Assembly: GCA_013239625.1 (NCBI GenBank)
Contig: MU053629.1
Location: 716,676 to 780,675 of the forward strand
Direction of reading: 5' to 3'
From: Lama guanicoe
Lineage: Eukaryota
Length of the DNA stretch: 64,000 nt
The notes beneath the pieces are model-generated. The model saw only the letters and a program-made list of their open reading frames with translations. It did no database searches and was not told the origin of the DNA. The first letter of the stretch is position 1; every line of letters starts with the position of its first letter. Below, one piece after another: positions 48,654-63,350 of the stretch. Made by a program: the position numbers and the translations under genes.

Positions 48654-51600
48654 ATGTTCCTGGCTTTGGAGGGAAGAGAACTGCCCAGAACCCTGTTTGC
48701 TTCATTTTGCAGCTGTGTGAGCTTGGGCAAGCTTCCTTCCCTCTCCGAGCCTGAGTGTCCTCGTTGGTAAAATTCTTTCTCAAAATACTTGCTGCTCATC
48801 TACTACCTTGCCAAGCACTAAAGTGTTTACGAGGCTGGAATACAATCAAAAAGTCCTGACATGTCCAAGGAATGTGGCGCGAGGCACGGTGGCTATTGCT
48901 TGAACCCTAAAGTGGTCTGGGCTGCCCTGAGCAGGGAGTCGCAAAAGTGATACTTTGGTTCCATCACAATGGCCTGGAGTCAGGCAGGGCTACGTGACAG
49001 CACCCTGAGGACTTGGAATCAGTTTGTCCAGGGTGGGTCCCGAGCATCTGTATTTTTTGAAGGCTTCCTCAGTGAGTCTGACCTGCAGCCAAGGATGAGA
49101 AACCCTCCTGAGGAGTATCGCACTCACCAGTGCCTGGGCGCCTGCTCCAGGAATTTCTGAAAGCTGTCATCTGTGCAGACGGCCCAGTGCCTCTGTTGGC
49201 TTCGTTCCCACCCGCATCCAGCGAAGCCTGGTGTCCCTCAAAGCAAAGCCTTCTCCCCAGCTTGCTGCAGGTCCAACTCCTGCTCAAGCCATCAGCTCGG
49301 AAGATGGTTTCATGCCAAAATCAATCACAAGCGTTCTTCTGCGAGCACAGAAATGGCAGCAGTAGTGGGGCCAGGCCTCCTGCCGGATTGCCACAGGGAA
49401 GGAAGCCGGCCTTTCAGAGTGAGGCCTAATGTGGGCCCATTGTCTGACACGCGCATTGGCTCCCCAGACGCAGAGACTGAGGTTCAGAGAGGCCACCCGG
49501 CTGGCTCCAGGCCACAGAGTTCATCAAGAATTTTGATAAAGAGAGAGGTGCAGTGAACCTCTAGTGAGGATGGTTCTTCCTGTGAATTACTAACGCTTCC
49601 CTTTGTGGCATTTTCCTTATGGCCATGAGATCAGAACAGTGGAACATTTATGCTGAGAATTTCCAAGGGGAATTTTTTTTTTTTATCTCAAAGTCTCATG
49701 GTTAACTCTTATTTAAGAAGCAAATTCCTCCACCCTTCGTGGGAATTCAGACCCGGGGCAGTTCTGAGCTGGAAATATCCAGGTGGTCACTAATTCTGGA
49801 TTTACTTACTAGACTGGGTAAGTAAGATCATTGCACAATTTAATGTGATTCAAAGGGAATTTCTGCACATGTTTTAGGGGTTGGTTGGTTTGGTTTGGAA
49901 ATAGGAGAATCCCTCTGCAAAGAGAATAATTTACCTTTGGTTTGCAAATTTGAATTTTGACATATTGGGTTTTCTTAATTGTGTCTGTAATTTTGGCTAT
50001 TTCTTTAGTGACAGTTCCTCAATTCTCACAGATGGAGTTTGTACTCTGAAAACCAACTCTTAAGATCCTAAGATGGAGGCAGCAAATACTGCTTTAACAC
50101 CACTGTGCCGGTCACTGCTGGACAAGATCACACACACTAACTACCCCATTTACTACTCGCAAAGATTCTGCAACGTGGGTTGTATTGGCCCCATTTGATA
50201 GATAAAGAAACTGAGGCACAAGCTCTTTATCTGCTGAAGGATGGAATGGCATTCCAACCCAGCTTCCTCTGACTCCAGGGCAAGCGCCCTTTCCAAGTCA
50301 GGAAGCATAAGATTTTTCTCATCATTGAAAAACGGAGACAAAGGAACCCCATCCTCCACCACTGCATCACCCCAGCCCAAAGGCCTTCAGTAGATCCAAA
50401 CTCTAGGCTGACATACAAACATTTCACATGAACCCAGCTCTCCTGTTATACAGCGAGAGAATGAACTGGGCCAGACACAAAGAGACCACCAGTGTGGCCA
50501 TATTCCTCCAAGCAACTGGAAGCCTACCCAATCTGGGCCAGTCAGGTCAGCACCCAAGCCCAGGGAGGCTGCAGAAAAGAATATGTGTGGTCAGTCTACC
50601 TCCTCGCTGAGCCCTGACACTGCCCTCTGCCGGCAGAGTCTCAGTTTCCTCATCTGTAGAGTGGACCTGCTCCTGCTGCCTGTAGAGCACCATGACTATG
50701 AGGGACACAGCTGTCCCTTAGTCATAATCATGATTTCCTAGTCAGTGGACACCCTTGCTAAGCCCCCTCCCCACTGCACACACCTTGTGAATCTGAAAGG
50801 ACATTTTTAAAATACAATTTCACATCCAGGCTCTTACCTGAACACGTACGTTGGTCTACATTGAGTTTCTGTTGCTTGCCACCAAATGTGTCCTGGGGAA
50901 TGTAGCTTGTGTAGTGCTTAGCACAAAGCCTTGCCTTGCACATGGCAGGTCTGCAAACGTTGTCAGTGTTCGTGGTTGCTAACATTGCCTGTGTCTGTGT
51001 CCCCAGGGTCAGTGCATTGCCTTGCACAGGGTAGGTAGTTGTAGAGATTGACAAAACTGACCAGCAGAGGTAGCCCAGAAGGTCCCCTGCAGCTCTGATG
51101 CCCCACAGTGTAACACTGGTACAGCCCTGTTCACGTCCTGGTATTAGATGTAGCTCTCAACCAGAGGCAGCTAGTGTTGGTGGAGTACGTGCTCAGTTTC
51201 TGGAATCATTCCAAGAATCAACACGTTTCTCAGGGTGAAGGAAGTTTGATCCAGACAGGGAGAACCACGAAAGACTTTCTGGGAAAGTTCACATATTCAT
51301 TTAACAAATACTTACTGAACATTTGCTGTGTAGCTAGGAGGCTGGGGGCACTGGAAGGAGCATGGAATGGAGTCAGGGGATCTGTCTTCATGATCCTGGC
51401 TGTGGGGTCCATGAATGACTCATATCCTGCTCTGCCACTTAAGAGTCTTTGTGCCTTGGTTTCCCCGCTTAGGAGAGAAGGCTAGACATGCTCACCAAGG
51501 ACGGAGGTATTCACACAGTTGTGTGCAGCAGCCAGGATTCAGCCCTGCTCTCTCTGCCCGCAGAGGCTGCAGCTGAAGAGAAACTGGACCATTGGCAGGG

Positions 51601-52980
51601 CCAGGCCAGGAGGGGCGTAGCTGGAGAGACCCCAGGCTGTAACCAGGGACCCCACCATGGTGGGACGAAGGAACCTCCCCACCAGGGAGCTGACCGGCCC
51701 TGAGGAGGAGTCAGAGTGTCCAGGTTGAACAGTGTCGCATGAACACACAGGATGTGCACACGCCAACTGGGGTGGTGGAGATGTTGGAGAGGAGAAAGGT
51801 TGCCAGTCTAGGCTTTGCCACTCGCCCGCGTGGAGTGCTTGTCGTGGCAGGGGCCGGGCTGAGGAGGCCTCAGGCAGACCTCCCTGGGCACCCTCCCTCG
51901 CCAGCCCGGAGCTCTTAGTCCGGGATCCAGATGGGAATCTCAGGATAGCTCAGTCAGCTGGGGGTGGAAGATCGGTCTGCACAGCCTGAGAGGAAAATGG
52001 CTCTATGCTTGTGAACCCACATGGGTGACGGATCAGCCAGGGAATCTGGGGCCTTTTCCAGAACCATAATAGGTGATTTTGCTCCAAAGCCTGACAGTGG
52101 GAGTATTGGTTGAAATCTACCCAGGGCAAGAGTTTTCTATTAGAACAGCATTCCAGAGCTACTGCTGGCCTTCCGCTGGGGAGCTCTGTTTCCAATCTCA
52201 AAGATGTCAAACAGTCTTAAAGGCACAGGAGCAGGGTTTCACCCTGAGCAAGGCAGGCCTGAGGGCATGTGGCTGCTGGTGTTCCCACAGCGGATGCTCA
52301 AGGCAGCTCCATGGCAGCCCCCACCCCATCCTGACCCCCAGACTCTGGTCCCCCATTCTGCTTCCCAGCTCCAGCGTGGGCTAGAGGAACATCCGGTCTT
52401 GGAAGTGGGGATGCCCGTAGTGACCCACGCTTTTATGGGGTGTGTCCACACCCTCAGGCATGCCTGTGCTCCCTTACTGGGCACACTGTCCAGAATCCAG
52501 GTCCCCCATGGCCTGCACCCCTGCCAGCCGGACAACCTCTGCATGCTACCCCCCGCCCTGGCAGGCAGCACTTAGCAATCAAAAATGACACTAACAATAG
52601 CACACATTGTGCAGCTCTGTACACCTCACCCTTCACCGCACCTGCCCTGTCTCTGGGGAGCTTCACACAGCCCTTAGAAGATTTCAGATTTCCCATCACC
52701 CTTCTTGAGAGGTGAGGAAGCTGAGGGCTGGTGGGGTAAACGGGAGTGTCTGTGGTCACTGCGGGGAGAGTGGCAGGAATCCTGGGCCTCTCCATCTCAG
52801 CCCAGGGTTCTTTCTAACGGGTGGCATCCTGGGGTGAGGTTGGGAGCAGGGGAGGCACCCGGCAGTGGAGCCTGCAGGTCGGGGTAGGGGCATCTGGTCT
52901 CTGGTGGCCCATCAGCTCTGAGTCCTTGTGAAATCATTCTTTGAGGTTAGAAACATACAAGTTTCGATCATCCGAGCAGC

Positions 52981-53495
52981 CTATTTGTATAAATACACCA
53001 CAAGGTCTTTATCCAGTCACCTGCTGATGGACATTTAGATTGTTTCTGTGTCTTGGGTATCATAAATAGTGCTGCTGTGAACATTGGGGTGCAGGTGTCT
53101 TTTCGAATTAGAGTTCCCTCTGCATATATGCTCAGAGGTGGAATTGCCGGATCATATAGTAAGTCTATTTATAGTTCTTTGAGGAATCTCCATTCTGTTG
53201 TCCACAGTGGCTGCACCAAACTGCATTCCCACCAGCAGTGTAGGAGGGTTCCCCTTTCTCCACACCCTCTCCAGCATTTATCGTTTGTGGGCTTTTCAAT
53301 GATGGCCATTCTGATTGGTGTGAGGTGACACCTCATTGTAGTTTTGATTTGCATTTCTCTGATAATAAGCAATATTGGACATTTTTTTCATGTGCCTATT
53401 GGCCATTTGTATGCATTCATTAGAGAAATGTTTGTTTAGGTCTTCTGACCATTTTTGGATTGGGTTGTTTGTTTTTTTGTTATTCAGTTGTATTG
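52981..53495 (-). mobile_element. L1 ORF2 C-terminal fragment
   Basis: ORF 53169..53372 [25 protein letters not shown]...[25 protein letters not shown] is the L1 ORF2 cysteine-rich region. Confidence 0.93.
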
Positions 53496-55007
53496 ATCTG
53501 CGCAGCCTATTTGATTTTAATTTTCTCTCTCCTGCAGAGCCACCCCCCCCCCCATTTAACCAACTCTGTGGCCAGTTATGATCTGGGAGTGAGGAGCCTG
53601 CCCTCAGGATTCTCAGGAGTGTTGGTGGGCAAGGCTAGCCTTTGAAATCCCCTTATGATGTGATCATGGCCATTTAGCGGCTTATTGAATAATGTTCCCC
53701 GTGGGAAGGGCCCCTCAGACTTTCAGCTGTGACGTGCATCTACTTCCCTGATGTCAGGTCACAACAAGGAAAGGAGCTAACCTCACTGAGGGGGCCCACA
53801 GGGCACGGTCCCAGGGAAAGCCACCTCTGGGAAACAGCTATTTGCCCAGATCAGGGATGCGAGAACTCTGGGGTGGCCCTGCCAGGTGCCGGCCAGGATG
53901 ACCTCTGGGGGCCCCTCCAATTCTGCAGCCCTAGAACAGCCCAGGACTATCCTGAACCTTTGCAGTGAACGGTCCTTTCAGCCATTGCCGGGCAAAGGAT
54001 GCCCAGAGCAGGCTGCCGAGGCTGGCCAGGCAGCCCCCCAGGGGTCGCAGAAGCCTCAGGAGCAGGGGCCCAGGTGCGATGCAGTCACTGCCATCTGTGG
54101 CACTTCACTCGGAGGGATCGCATGCAGGTAAAGAAGGCTCTCCTGCGGCCTGGCTGAGGACACTGGCCTCGATGTTGAGTCTGAGGTGTCACAAAAGACC
54201 TGACACGTGAGTGCCATGGAAGGCTCAGAGGACCCTCAAACCAAGGACATTATCACTCCTCTCCGAAACTGAGGAGTCTCCCCGGCAGTTGCCAGATTCT
54301 GAGGTCGACTGTGGTGTGGAGATGCAAAACACACGGCCACTCAGGGCTTCCTGCCTCTAATAACATCTGCTTCCCTCCACCCCGCTGCTTCCCGGGTCCC
54401 AGAGTCCCCACCAAGGGGCTCCTGGAGCAACTCTCTCCAGCTGGACACGGAGCTGGCCGTGACTCCAGCCTTCCAGACCCCCTGCGAGGAAATAAATGTC
54501 TCTGAGAACCTAAGAAAGACCCTCTCCCAAGCAAAGCGCTAACGTCTGTCCTGTGAACGCCAGCCCTCCCCTGCTAACCCGCCCCCGCTCTGTGGAACTG
54601 CCTGCTCCAGCCCCGGCTTCCTCGTGGGAGAGTGAGGGGAGCACAGGTGGGCCTTCCTTCCGGGGCGTTTTGCTGCCGGGGTCAGCTGCCGTGGAAACTG
54701 CTTCCTGGGTCACCGCTGACCATCAGCTGCTGCCCGCAGCCCCGCAGGGAACGGGGGCAGGTGGGGCGGCAGCTGGGCAAACAAGACACAAACAGCGCGA
54801 AAGGATGTGATCCGTCGGATGCTGGGAGAGTGGAGGCGGCCGTGACTCGTGTGGTGGGAGCAAAAGAGGCTTGGAGGGCATCGTGGCACCGCGGTCTGCG
54901 TGGGGAGCTGCCCGATCAGGCGGCTGACGGCGAGTCCAGGTGAGGCCTGGAGGGGGGCTGACCCTGACGTGCGGCGACCCGCGTGCAGCCTGGCCTTGAC
55001 CCGCTCC

Positions 55008-55671
55008 TGAGAGGGGATTCCAGCGAAGATGGGGGGCGAGTCAGGGTCCTTGGGGGTGCTGTCGGAGGATGGGCTCTTGCCTCTCGCAGGGAGGAATTCA
55101 AAAGCAAGACATAGTGGAGTGAAAGCAAGTTTATTTAAAGATACACTGTATGGACAGTGTGCAGTCTGTTTCCCTCAGAAGGGAAAATGGCCTAGGAGAT
55201 ACACACTCCATAGAAAGAATGTGGGCCATCTCAAAAGGCGAGAGGGGGAGAGGCCGAGAGGTGTGGGCTGTTTAAAGCGAAAGTAGATACACACTCCATA
55301 GACAGAGTGCGAGCTGTCTCGGAAGGTGAGAGAAAGAGAGAGAGAGGGGAGAAGGGGAGGGAGAGAGAGATACAAGGTGCAGAGTTGTTAGGTTTTGTGG
55401 GCTCGGTAATTTCATATGCTAACGAGTAGGAGGATTATTCCAACTACTTTGGGGAAGGGGAGAGGATTTCCAGGAAACACACCTCCCCTCCTACTTTTTG
55501 ACCTTTTATGGTCAGCCTAGGAGCTGGCATGGCGCCCGTGGATGCGCCGTGAGGCTCAAGGCCCGCTGGAGGTTGAACCTTCCGCCATCTTGGCTCTCAC
55601 CGGTAGTCCTGTCCTCGGTGGCTGTGTTAGTCCTTCGCTGGTTGTGCCCTGCCCCCTTCCCTCCTGGCTCA
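55008..55671 (-). mobile_element. Solo ERV1-type LTR
   Basis: gaattcaaaagcaagac...gtgaaagcaagtttattta (minus-strand AATAAA at 55130-55135) is typical of ERV1 LTR R/U5; internal repeats agatacacactccataga at 55197 and 55285 with a degenerate copy at 55139. Ends approximate; no TSD resolved. Confidence 0.65.
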
Positions 55672-56544
55672 GGGGCAAGTAACTCCTGAGCCAGCTTAAG
55701 CAAAGTAGAGATCTGCAGGGAGACCAGGAGATGGTCACAGAATCAACAGGAGATCCGGAGAAACTGGGCTTAAATGGATGGGAACCAGGAGAGGCAGGGC
55801 GGCAGCGGGGAGGTCAAGGGCATGTCACAGAAACTTCCAGCCTCCCATCGCTGGAAGTCATCTCTCAACTGTCCTGCTTCTTGGCATCTTTCCTCCAAGG
55901 GTCTAAGTCCCACATGAAGAAGTTTGGCTCCAGTCTCTGCATTCCGGCTGCCAGCGGGCACAGGGCAGGATCCTTTGGCTCCTAGTGTCTGGGGAAGGGA
56001 GGCCCGGGAGGCCTCACGGGTCAGACCTCAGACATTCTCTGAGGGTCTTTTTCTTGGCTGGAGAGCTGCTTCCTGTGGGGGGTGGGCAGCAATTCTTCCA
56101 AATCTTTTCTCTCCACCCCTAAGCCATAGAAAAGTTGGAAAACACCCTGGGGGACCAGAGGGAAGAGGTTAATTTCCTAGTTTCTGCCTTTTCCAATGTG
56201 ACTCATTCATTTATTTGTATGGCTTTTTGAGAACATGTCTTGTGATCTGTAGGTATGGAGATCCCACTAGGTACCATAAGGAACAGGCTAGGGGAATCCT
56301 AAACAGGACATAGTGAGGACATCTCTCTAAGAGAATTTTAATGATAATTTAAGTATCTACTGTGTGTCAGGCACTCAGTGAAGTACAGTCTTTTAATGTA
56401 GCAGGGAGAAAATTTTATTTTAAAAGCTTGGTATACACTATTTGTAATAACCTCAAACTGGAAACTACCCAAATGTCCACCAAGATTAGGAGAAATTAAT
56501 TAAATTGGAGGATATTCATATATTGGAATAGCACGCAACACTGT

Positions 56545-57000
56545 CTCATGGTGTGGTTGCCCCCTGTGGGTCCCTGAGTTTCTTTCAGGAAATCTGCAAG
56601 GTCAAACTATTTTCATAATAATTCTAACACATTCTTTGCCTTTTCCTCTTTATTAACATTTGCGCTAATGGTGCAAAAGCAATGGGGGGGCTAAACTACA
56701 GGGGCTTAACACAAATCAAGGTGGTGACACTCACCTGGACTAATTAGTCCTGATGGCCATCAATGTCACACATTTTCTCAGCAAAAATTCAGCCATTTCA
56801 CTTAAGACTATATCTTAAACAGTAAAAATTATTAATTTTATGAAATCTGTAATATCCTTTGTGACAAAATAGGAAACACGCATAAAACGCCTCTACTGCG
56901 TAGCAAGGTACAATGGATGTCTGGGGAAGAGGCATTTGTGTGATTGGGTTGCAAGCTGAACTCATGACTTCTTGTACACGATTCTTGGTGCCCGTGAACA
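56545..57000. mobile_element. Charlie1-like hAT DNA transposon fragment
   Basis: aggtcaaactattttcataataattctaa...ctaatggtgcaaaagcaatgg resembles the recalled Charlie1 consensus. Confidence 0.6.
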
Positions 57001-59539
57001 AGAGACTCGGACAAGGACTAGGATTACTGGGCTGAGTGGTATATGTGTTTCAATTTCATGACGAGATGTCAAGCTGTTTTCCAGAGTACTTATACTAAAT
57101 GGCAAGAATGTATACAAGATCTTTTCACATACACTTTCTCTCCACCACTTGGTATTGTACAAGTCTTACATGTTTTGCACCCCCCAAAACAGGTTATAAA
57201 ATGGTATCTAAACATCTCTATTCGTGTTTTCCGAATCATTAACGAGGTTGTTGTATTAGTTGGCTATACATTTTTGCCCACCACTGCTAATTTTGAATCA
57301 GCCGAGTTGGCCAGGATCACAGAAAACATGAGCCTGCGTGGTACCAGCCAGAGATGGGAGAGGTGGCTTACTATTACCATATTTAGTGTAAGATGCCTTC
57401 AATCGTGAGATATATCATCAATTTAATATAGATTTTCAAAAAAAGTCACATCAAATTATATAATTTTTAAAATGAATAATGGTGTATTTATTTATCTGTA
57501 CAATTATCTACTATTTTCTACTTCAGTGTAACCATTTATAATCGACTCTAAGTTTTCTCTGCATTTGTGGGGGGGGGGGTCTAAGGATTCTTCCCAGCTG
57601 AGGCAAATACTGCCAAAGAAAGGTGGAGGTTAAGGAGCCTGCGCCTGTGAATGTGACCTCCTGAGTGTACTTGGTAAAGACAGTTTATATGTCAGGTTTT
57701 GAGTGCATTTCCTGTTTGGTTAAACTCACGGACTCATTTTCTGTGTAATTGAACTACATATCACTGGAGATCTGAAAGCCAGCCAGACACTTTTGACGAA
57801 TGGATGTGTCATGTCTAGTGATAATCTTCCACAAAGCACGAACGAGCCCCAGTAGCTTCTCACAAGCTCTCACTTGCGTGATCTCCTTGGAGAGGTTGGC
57901 TAAGTTTGCCCAGACCTGTAATGACAACCATGTCACCACTCACTCCTCAGTCCACTGCTGGCACATTTCGGTTGACGTCAGTTGAAAGACAAGCCACTCT
58001 CAGAACCGTTCGCAAGTAAAAGAGTGTGCATCTTATTTTTATTTGAATTACTTATTAGTTAAAATTTAAATATATGCCTATGTGTGTATGTATGTATATA
58101 AATACGCACGTGCTTATGTACGTATGTGTGTAGCCAACCATTATTGAGCATCTATTGGTCAATAAATTCCATGGCAGGGACTCTCCATTCATAACGTGAG
58201 CTATATAATTTTGTGATGTAGGTAATAGTATCCTCATTCTAAACAAAACTGAGCAAGATAACTAGACCACTACTCATACGTAGCAGAACCAAGATCCAAA
58301 TCCAGCTCTACCTGGTTCAAAGCCCATAGCCTCTTACCACGCCATAAAGGGCACAAATGTCAAAGATGGTGAGACCTCTTTTTAGGTATCGAACTCCATA
58401 GTCTGCTGCTGGATAAGATCTCGGACAAATTGCTGCCCATTCTTGCCTGTTATGCCTCTAAGGGTGGATGCCTCCATTTAGGAAGAGGTTACTGGCAGGG
58501 ACAATGGAGAGATTTACTAGAGAGCTGAGCTATGTTAAAAATAACAACAAGGTATTTACTCCTAATCCTATTAAGCTCCCTTGAGCTGTGTGCAGGCTGA
58601 GAAGGGGAGGGCATGTTCACTGGCCACCGTACAGGTGGGGCTAAGGTTGCTGTTATAATCTCCAGCATTTTCCCACCTCAAGCAGGGCTCGGTGTCACTT
58701 TTTCTAGTGTTGATTGGTGCAAAACCCTGACTTTTCTTCTTATGATGAGCAATCATAAAGCTGATGTGCTAGCTGGCAACAAAGAGGCTCAAGTTCGGTC
58801 CTGGAAATGCTCTTCTTTTCATCAGTGGTGTCCTAGTCCAGAGGGAGAGCAAGCTCTAGATGGGGCTGACACGTGGTATCAGGACTCAGGGGTTTGTGTT
58901 TTCTCCAGGCTCCAAACTACGCATCGGTCTGGTTTGGAGCCTGAAGAGATCTGGGGTGGAGGTGGGAGGGGCTCTTCCCCACCATTTGACAGGATGACCC
59001 TAATTTACCTTGAGTAAGTAAAAGTTTGTTTGGGTTTTTTCAGATCTTCTCAAAGGAGTGTGTTCCTTTATTTCCCTCAAATGTATGGCTTTATCTGGCC
59101 ATTCACAAACTTTTCAACACCAAAAACCCATTTTATAATTCCCCGTTACCTCAGGCCTCTTCTTTTGAAGGACTTTGTCCACCAAGCTACACACTGGGTT
59201 TTTAAATTCTCTGTGAGTTAAATATGACCAGCAAAAAAAGAGAATTTCAGCCAAAAGTGAAAGAAATTGAGACTTTACTTAGGTAAAGCATGATTTTTCT
59301 TAGGCCTTTTCTTGAAATGTGGAAGATAACTCCATGGTCCCAGTCACTACCCTTTTAGATAAATCCTCAGGACTCCTGTGAGCTGGATTTGAAACCACTG
59401 GTCTGATTTAGTCAACACAGTTCACTTCGTGGTTGACCTGGGGGAGGAATCACTCTCTCCCACTGCTCCTACCTTTGGGTCAAGCCAAACCACATATCAA
59501 TGAGATTCCATATTTCTTTAGTTCAGAGATGCCCCAACA

Positions 59540-60711
59540 TTTAAAAAATTGAAATATAGTTTACATACAGTGAAATTCACACTTTTACTGTGTAATTCTG
59601 AGTTTTGACAAATGCATACATTCATATAACCACCACCACAGTCAAGTTACAGAACAATTACATTACCCCCAGACCTCCCCGTGTGCCACTATACAGTCAT
59701 CCTTTCTACTTCTAGCCCCTGGAAACCACTGATCTATTCTTTGTCCCTTAAAGTCTCCCTTTTACGGAGTGTCACGTAAAGGGAATCATACAGATTGTAG
59801 ATTTTTGTGTGTAGCTTCTTCTGCTTAGTAAAATGCATCTGAGATTTATCCGTATTATTGTGTGTATCTGTAGTTGTTTTTCCTTTTTTATTGCTGAGTA
59901 GTATTTCATTGTACGGCTATACTACAGCTTGTTCATTCAGCAGTTGATGGACATTTGGGTGGTTCCACATTTTGAATAAAATCACTGTAAATACTTGTAT
60001 ACAGATTTCTGTAGGAAAATAAGTTTCCATTTCACTTGGATAAATACGATTGCTGGGTCATATGCTAAGTGCTTATTTAACTTTGCAAGTTAACTTTTTG
60101 TTTTCTAAAGTGATTATACCATTTTGCATTCCCACCAGGAATATATGACAGTTGTAGTTGCTCCCCAGCCTCACCAGGACTTGATACTGTCAATTTAAAA
60201 AAAAAATTTAGCTATTCTAATATGTGTACAGTGGTTCTTATTTGAATTTCCTTAAGAACTAATCCTATTGTGCATATTTATTTTGCCATCAATAGATGTT
60301 CCCTGGTGAGCTGCCTATTCAAATATTTTGCCCATTTTGAAAAATTGGATTGTTTGCTTTCTTACTGAATTTTGAGAGTCCATTATGTATTCTGAACATA
60401 GTAAGTCCTTTATCAGTTACGTGTCTTACAATAATGTTCTCCTAGACTGTGGCTTGTCTTTTCATTTTCGTAGCAGTGTTTTTTGCAGAGCAGAAGTTTT
60501 TTATTTTGATGAAGCCTGATTTAACCATTTTTTTTAATAGAGTGTGTTTTTTTGGTGTTGTATGTAAGAAATTTTTGTCTAATCCAATGTCACAAAGATT
60601 TTCCTCTTGTTTTAGGAATTTTATAGTTTTAGGTTTTACATTTATGTCTCTGGTGCATTTTGAGTTAATTTTTCTATAAGGTATGGAAAATATGGATCAA
60701 GGATCAGGGTT

Positions 60712-60751
<40 letters not shown>

Positions 60752-61545
60752 CCAATTGTTTCAACATGATTTGTTGAAAAAAATTGTGTTTTCTCCATTG
60801 AATTGCTTATGTACCTTGGTCAAAACTCAACTGACTATGTATGTGTGGGTTTGTTTCTGGGCTTCCCCCCTTGTACCAGTCACCAATACCACTTGGTCTT
60901 GATTATGCTCCTTCCATAGTACGTATTGAAGTAAGATGGTATGAACCCTCCAGCTTCATTTTTCTTTTTCAGAGGTGTTTTGACTCTTCTAGGTCCTTTG
61001 CCTTTCCGTATAAATCTTAGCATCAGCTTGTTGACTTCTACAAAAGTGTGCCGAGATTTTGATTTGGATTATGTTGAACCTATCAATCAACTTGGGGGAA
61101 ATTGATATCTTAACAGTGTCTAGTCCTCCAATTTGCATACTCACTGGTTTAGGTATTCTTTGATTTCTTTTCCTAGTTTTATTAGTGTGTTTTAGTTTTC
61201 AGCATGCAGGTCCTATAGATATTTAGTAAAAACTTATACCTAAGTATTTCATGGGTTTTTTTTTTTTTGCTTTTTTGCTATAAATGGTAATGCTTTTTAA
61301 ACTTACATTTTCAGTTGCTCATTGCTAACATGTAGAAATACAGTTGGCTTTTGCATACATGTTGTGTTCTCCAACCTGGTTAAACTTACTGGTTCTAATA
61401 GCATGCCTTAAGATTCCTTGGGATTTTCTATGTAGATTTTCACATCACCTGCAAATTGAGACAGTTTTGTATTTGCTTTTGCAATCTATGTGTTTTATTT
61501 TTTCTTCTTACTCTATTATATTGGCTAGGATCTCTAGCACAATGT
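59540..61545 (-). mobile_element. Old L1 (3' UTR plus ~1.5 kb of decayed ORF2), containing a (TA)n tract at ~60715-60750
   Basis: Continuous T-rich antisense L1 text (gttgatggacatttgggt; attttgcattcccaccag; gcagaagttttttattttgatgaag; tttagtaaaa...tacctaagtatttcat). Confidence 0.88.
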
Positions 61546-61807
61546 TGTATCAACCTTTATACAATAGACACTTTGATTTGAGAAAAGGCTTTGTTATCAC
61601 CACAAGATGATGGTAGAATTACTATATTCTCCTAAGGAATCTTGCTTCTAAGGAAACAGCTGTTAACATTCAGCTCATTAATAACAAAACTTAACATGTA
61701 TAGATCAATTGTTGCATCTAAGATCCAGTACTCTGCAGTTTATTTATATTATTTCATTTGATCTTTACATCAGTCTTTTGAGATAGATATTATAAACCCC
61801 ATTTTTG

Positions 61808-61904
61808 TTTTTTTCCCTTAACAGAAGCCCTGGGGATTGAACCCAGGACCTCAAGCATGCCAAGCCCAGGCTCTACCACTGAGCTATACCTCCCACTCCT
61901 TCTT
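61808..61904 (-). mobile_element. tRNA-derived SINE (Vic-1-like) inserted into a MIR
   Basis: ggggattgaacccaggacctc...ctctaccactgagctatac; 13-bp TSD aaccccatttttg at 61795-61807 and 61905-61917; flanks join into a MIR core. Confidence 0.88.
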
Positions 61905-62074
61905 AACCCCATTTTTGAAATGAAGAAAGTGAGGCTCGAAGAATTTAAGAAACTTGCCTTAGATAACATAGTTTATTCCTTTCAGATGGTGAATTCACAT
62001 CTATTACTTCCCATCTCCAAAGCCCGTGTTCCTCCCACTGTACTAGACTGCTTATGGTCCAAATCATTTTCAGC

Positions 62075-62262
62075 AGATTTCAGTCCTGTCTTCACATGAG
62101 AGGCCTTTGAGGAACTGTTAAAAAATTACGACTACCTGAGTCCTTCCCACCCCACCCCAAAACCAAGTAAATATGAGTCTCTGGGGCTGGAGCCTGGACC
62201 TGGGTACTTTTTAGAGAACTCCCAGTCGATCCTGAACTGAAGTCAGGGCTGAGAACACTGGC
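62075..62262. mobile_element. MER5A-like hAT element
   Basis: gagtctctggggctggagcctgg...ttttttagagaactccca...cagggctgagaacactg pattern. Confidence 0.6.
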
Positions 62263-63350
62263 CCTGCAACTCCCGAAGACAGGGGTCCTCCTCCCCTTAC
62301 CGCATAGTGACCCGAGGTGCCTGGTCCTCGGGTCTGGAAGCAGCGGGTAACGAATGCGTAGCAGGAGGCAACTGCTACGTCTGCTTTGGGCCTGGGAGGC
62401 TCAGGGCTATAAAAGGCAAAGCTTTCTCCTTCATTTATTAAATGCTAGTAAATCCAAGGAGTGTGTCATGGTATTTTAACATCAACTTATCACACATGTT
62501 TGTGCTGGCTTACAGTTGAAATCTTGATGAAAAACAGGTGGGACTCCTCAAAGCTGCTGTTGAGGACTTAATGGCTTACAAAAAGATGCTAATGAAAAAG
62601 TCTGATGAGAGGAATGTTGCCATTTCAGAGGATATGGGGGGCAGGGGTGGGGTACTCTTATTTCTCCGAGGGATTTGGCCTGCTGGGGCATCTTTCAAAG
62701 CAGAAAGCCAGATTCCTTGCATCTCTGTGGGAGGCAATAGTATTGCTGAAATGTGCTCCGTGGAGTAGCCATAGTTACTAAGAAATGAAACTTTCTCTCC
62801 AACATGGCAGATTGAGTCTACGGTTGAGTTATTGGCAGGACAAAATCATTGCATTTTTGGACCAGTTACTGCTAAAGCTTTAGGGTGCCTGTAGAACTTC
62901 TCCCACCCCAGGTATGATCTCCAGGCTGGGTAACATTACCCTGTTGGAAAAGTTTCTATAACTTGGACCGCATTGTTGTTGTTACTATCTTAACTTTACT
63001 TTTTCCCACAATAAGGATAAAATTGTGGAAAGCTTAGAAAATGCAGAACAGTAGGCAACTTAAGGCTGAGGAAAGGTGTTGCTAGAACTTTCTGTGCTAG
63101 ACCTTTCACACAGAATGCCTCGCAGAGTCCTCACAAGCACTCTTAGGAGCAGCAATATTCCTGTTCTCAGATGCGAATCCTGAGGCTCAAGTGATTGGCT
63201 CAGAGCCCCCACCGCGAGGCAGGCGGCCTGGCCCCACAGCTCCTCCTCCCACACTCCTCACAGCCATAGGACATTTGGGAATCTTTTCTTTCAGCATCTC
63301 TTGTTTTGAAGCAAGAATTTATATTTCGACATGATGTTTGGGTTCCATAA

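Noticed and set aside
62408..62414. TATAAAA box
   Set aside because: Isolated motif with no downstream exon, CpG island or ORF support visible.
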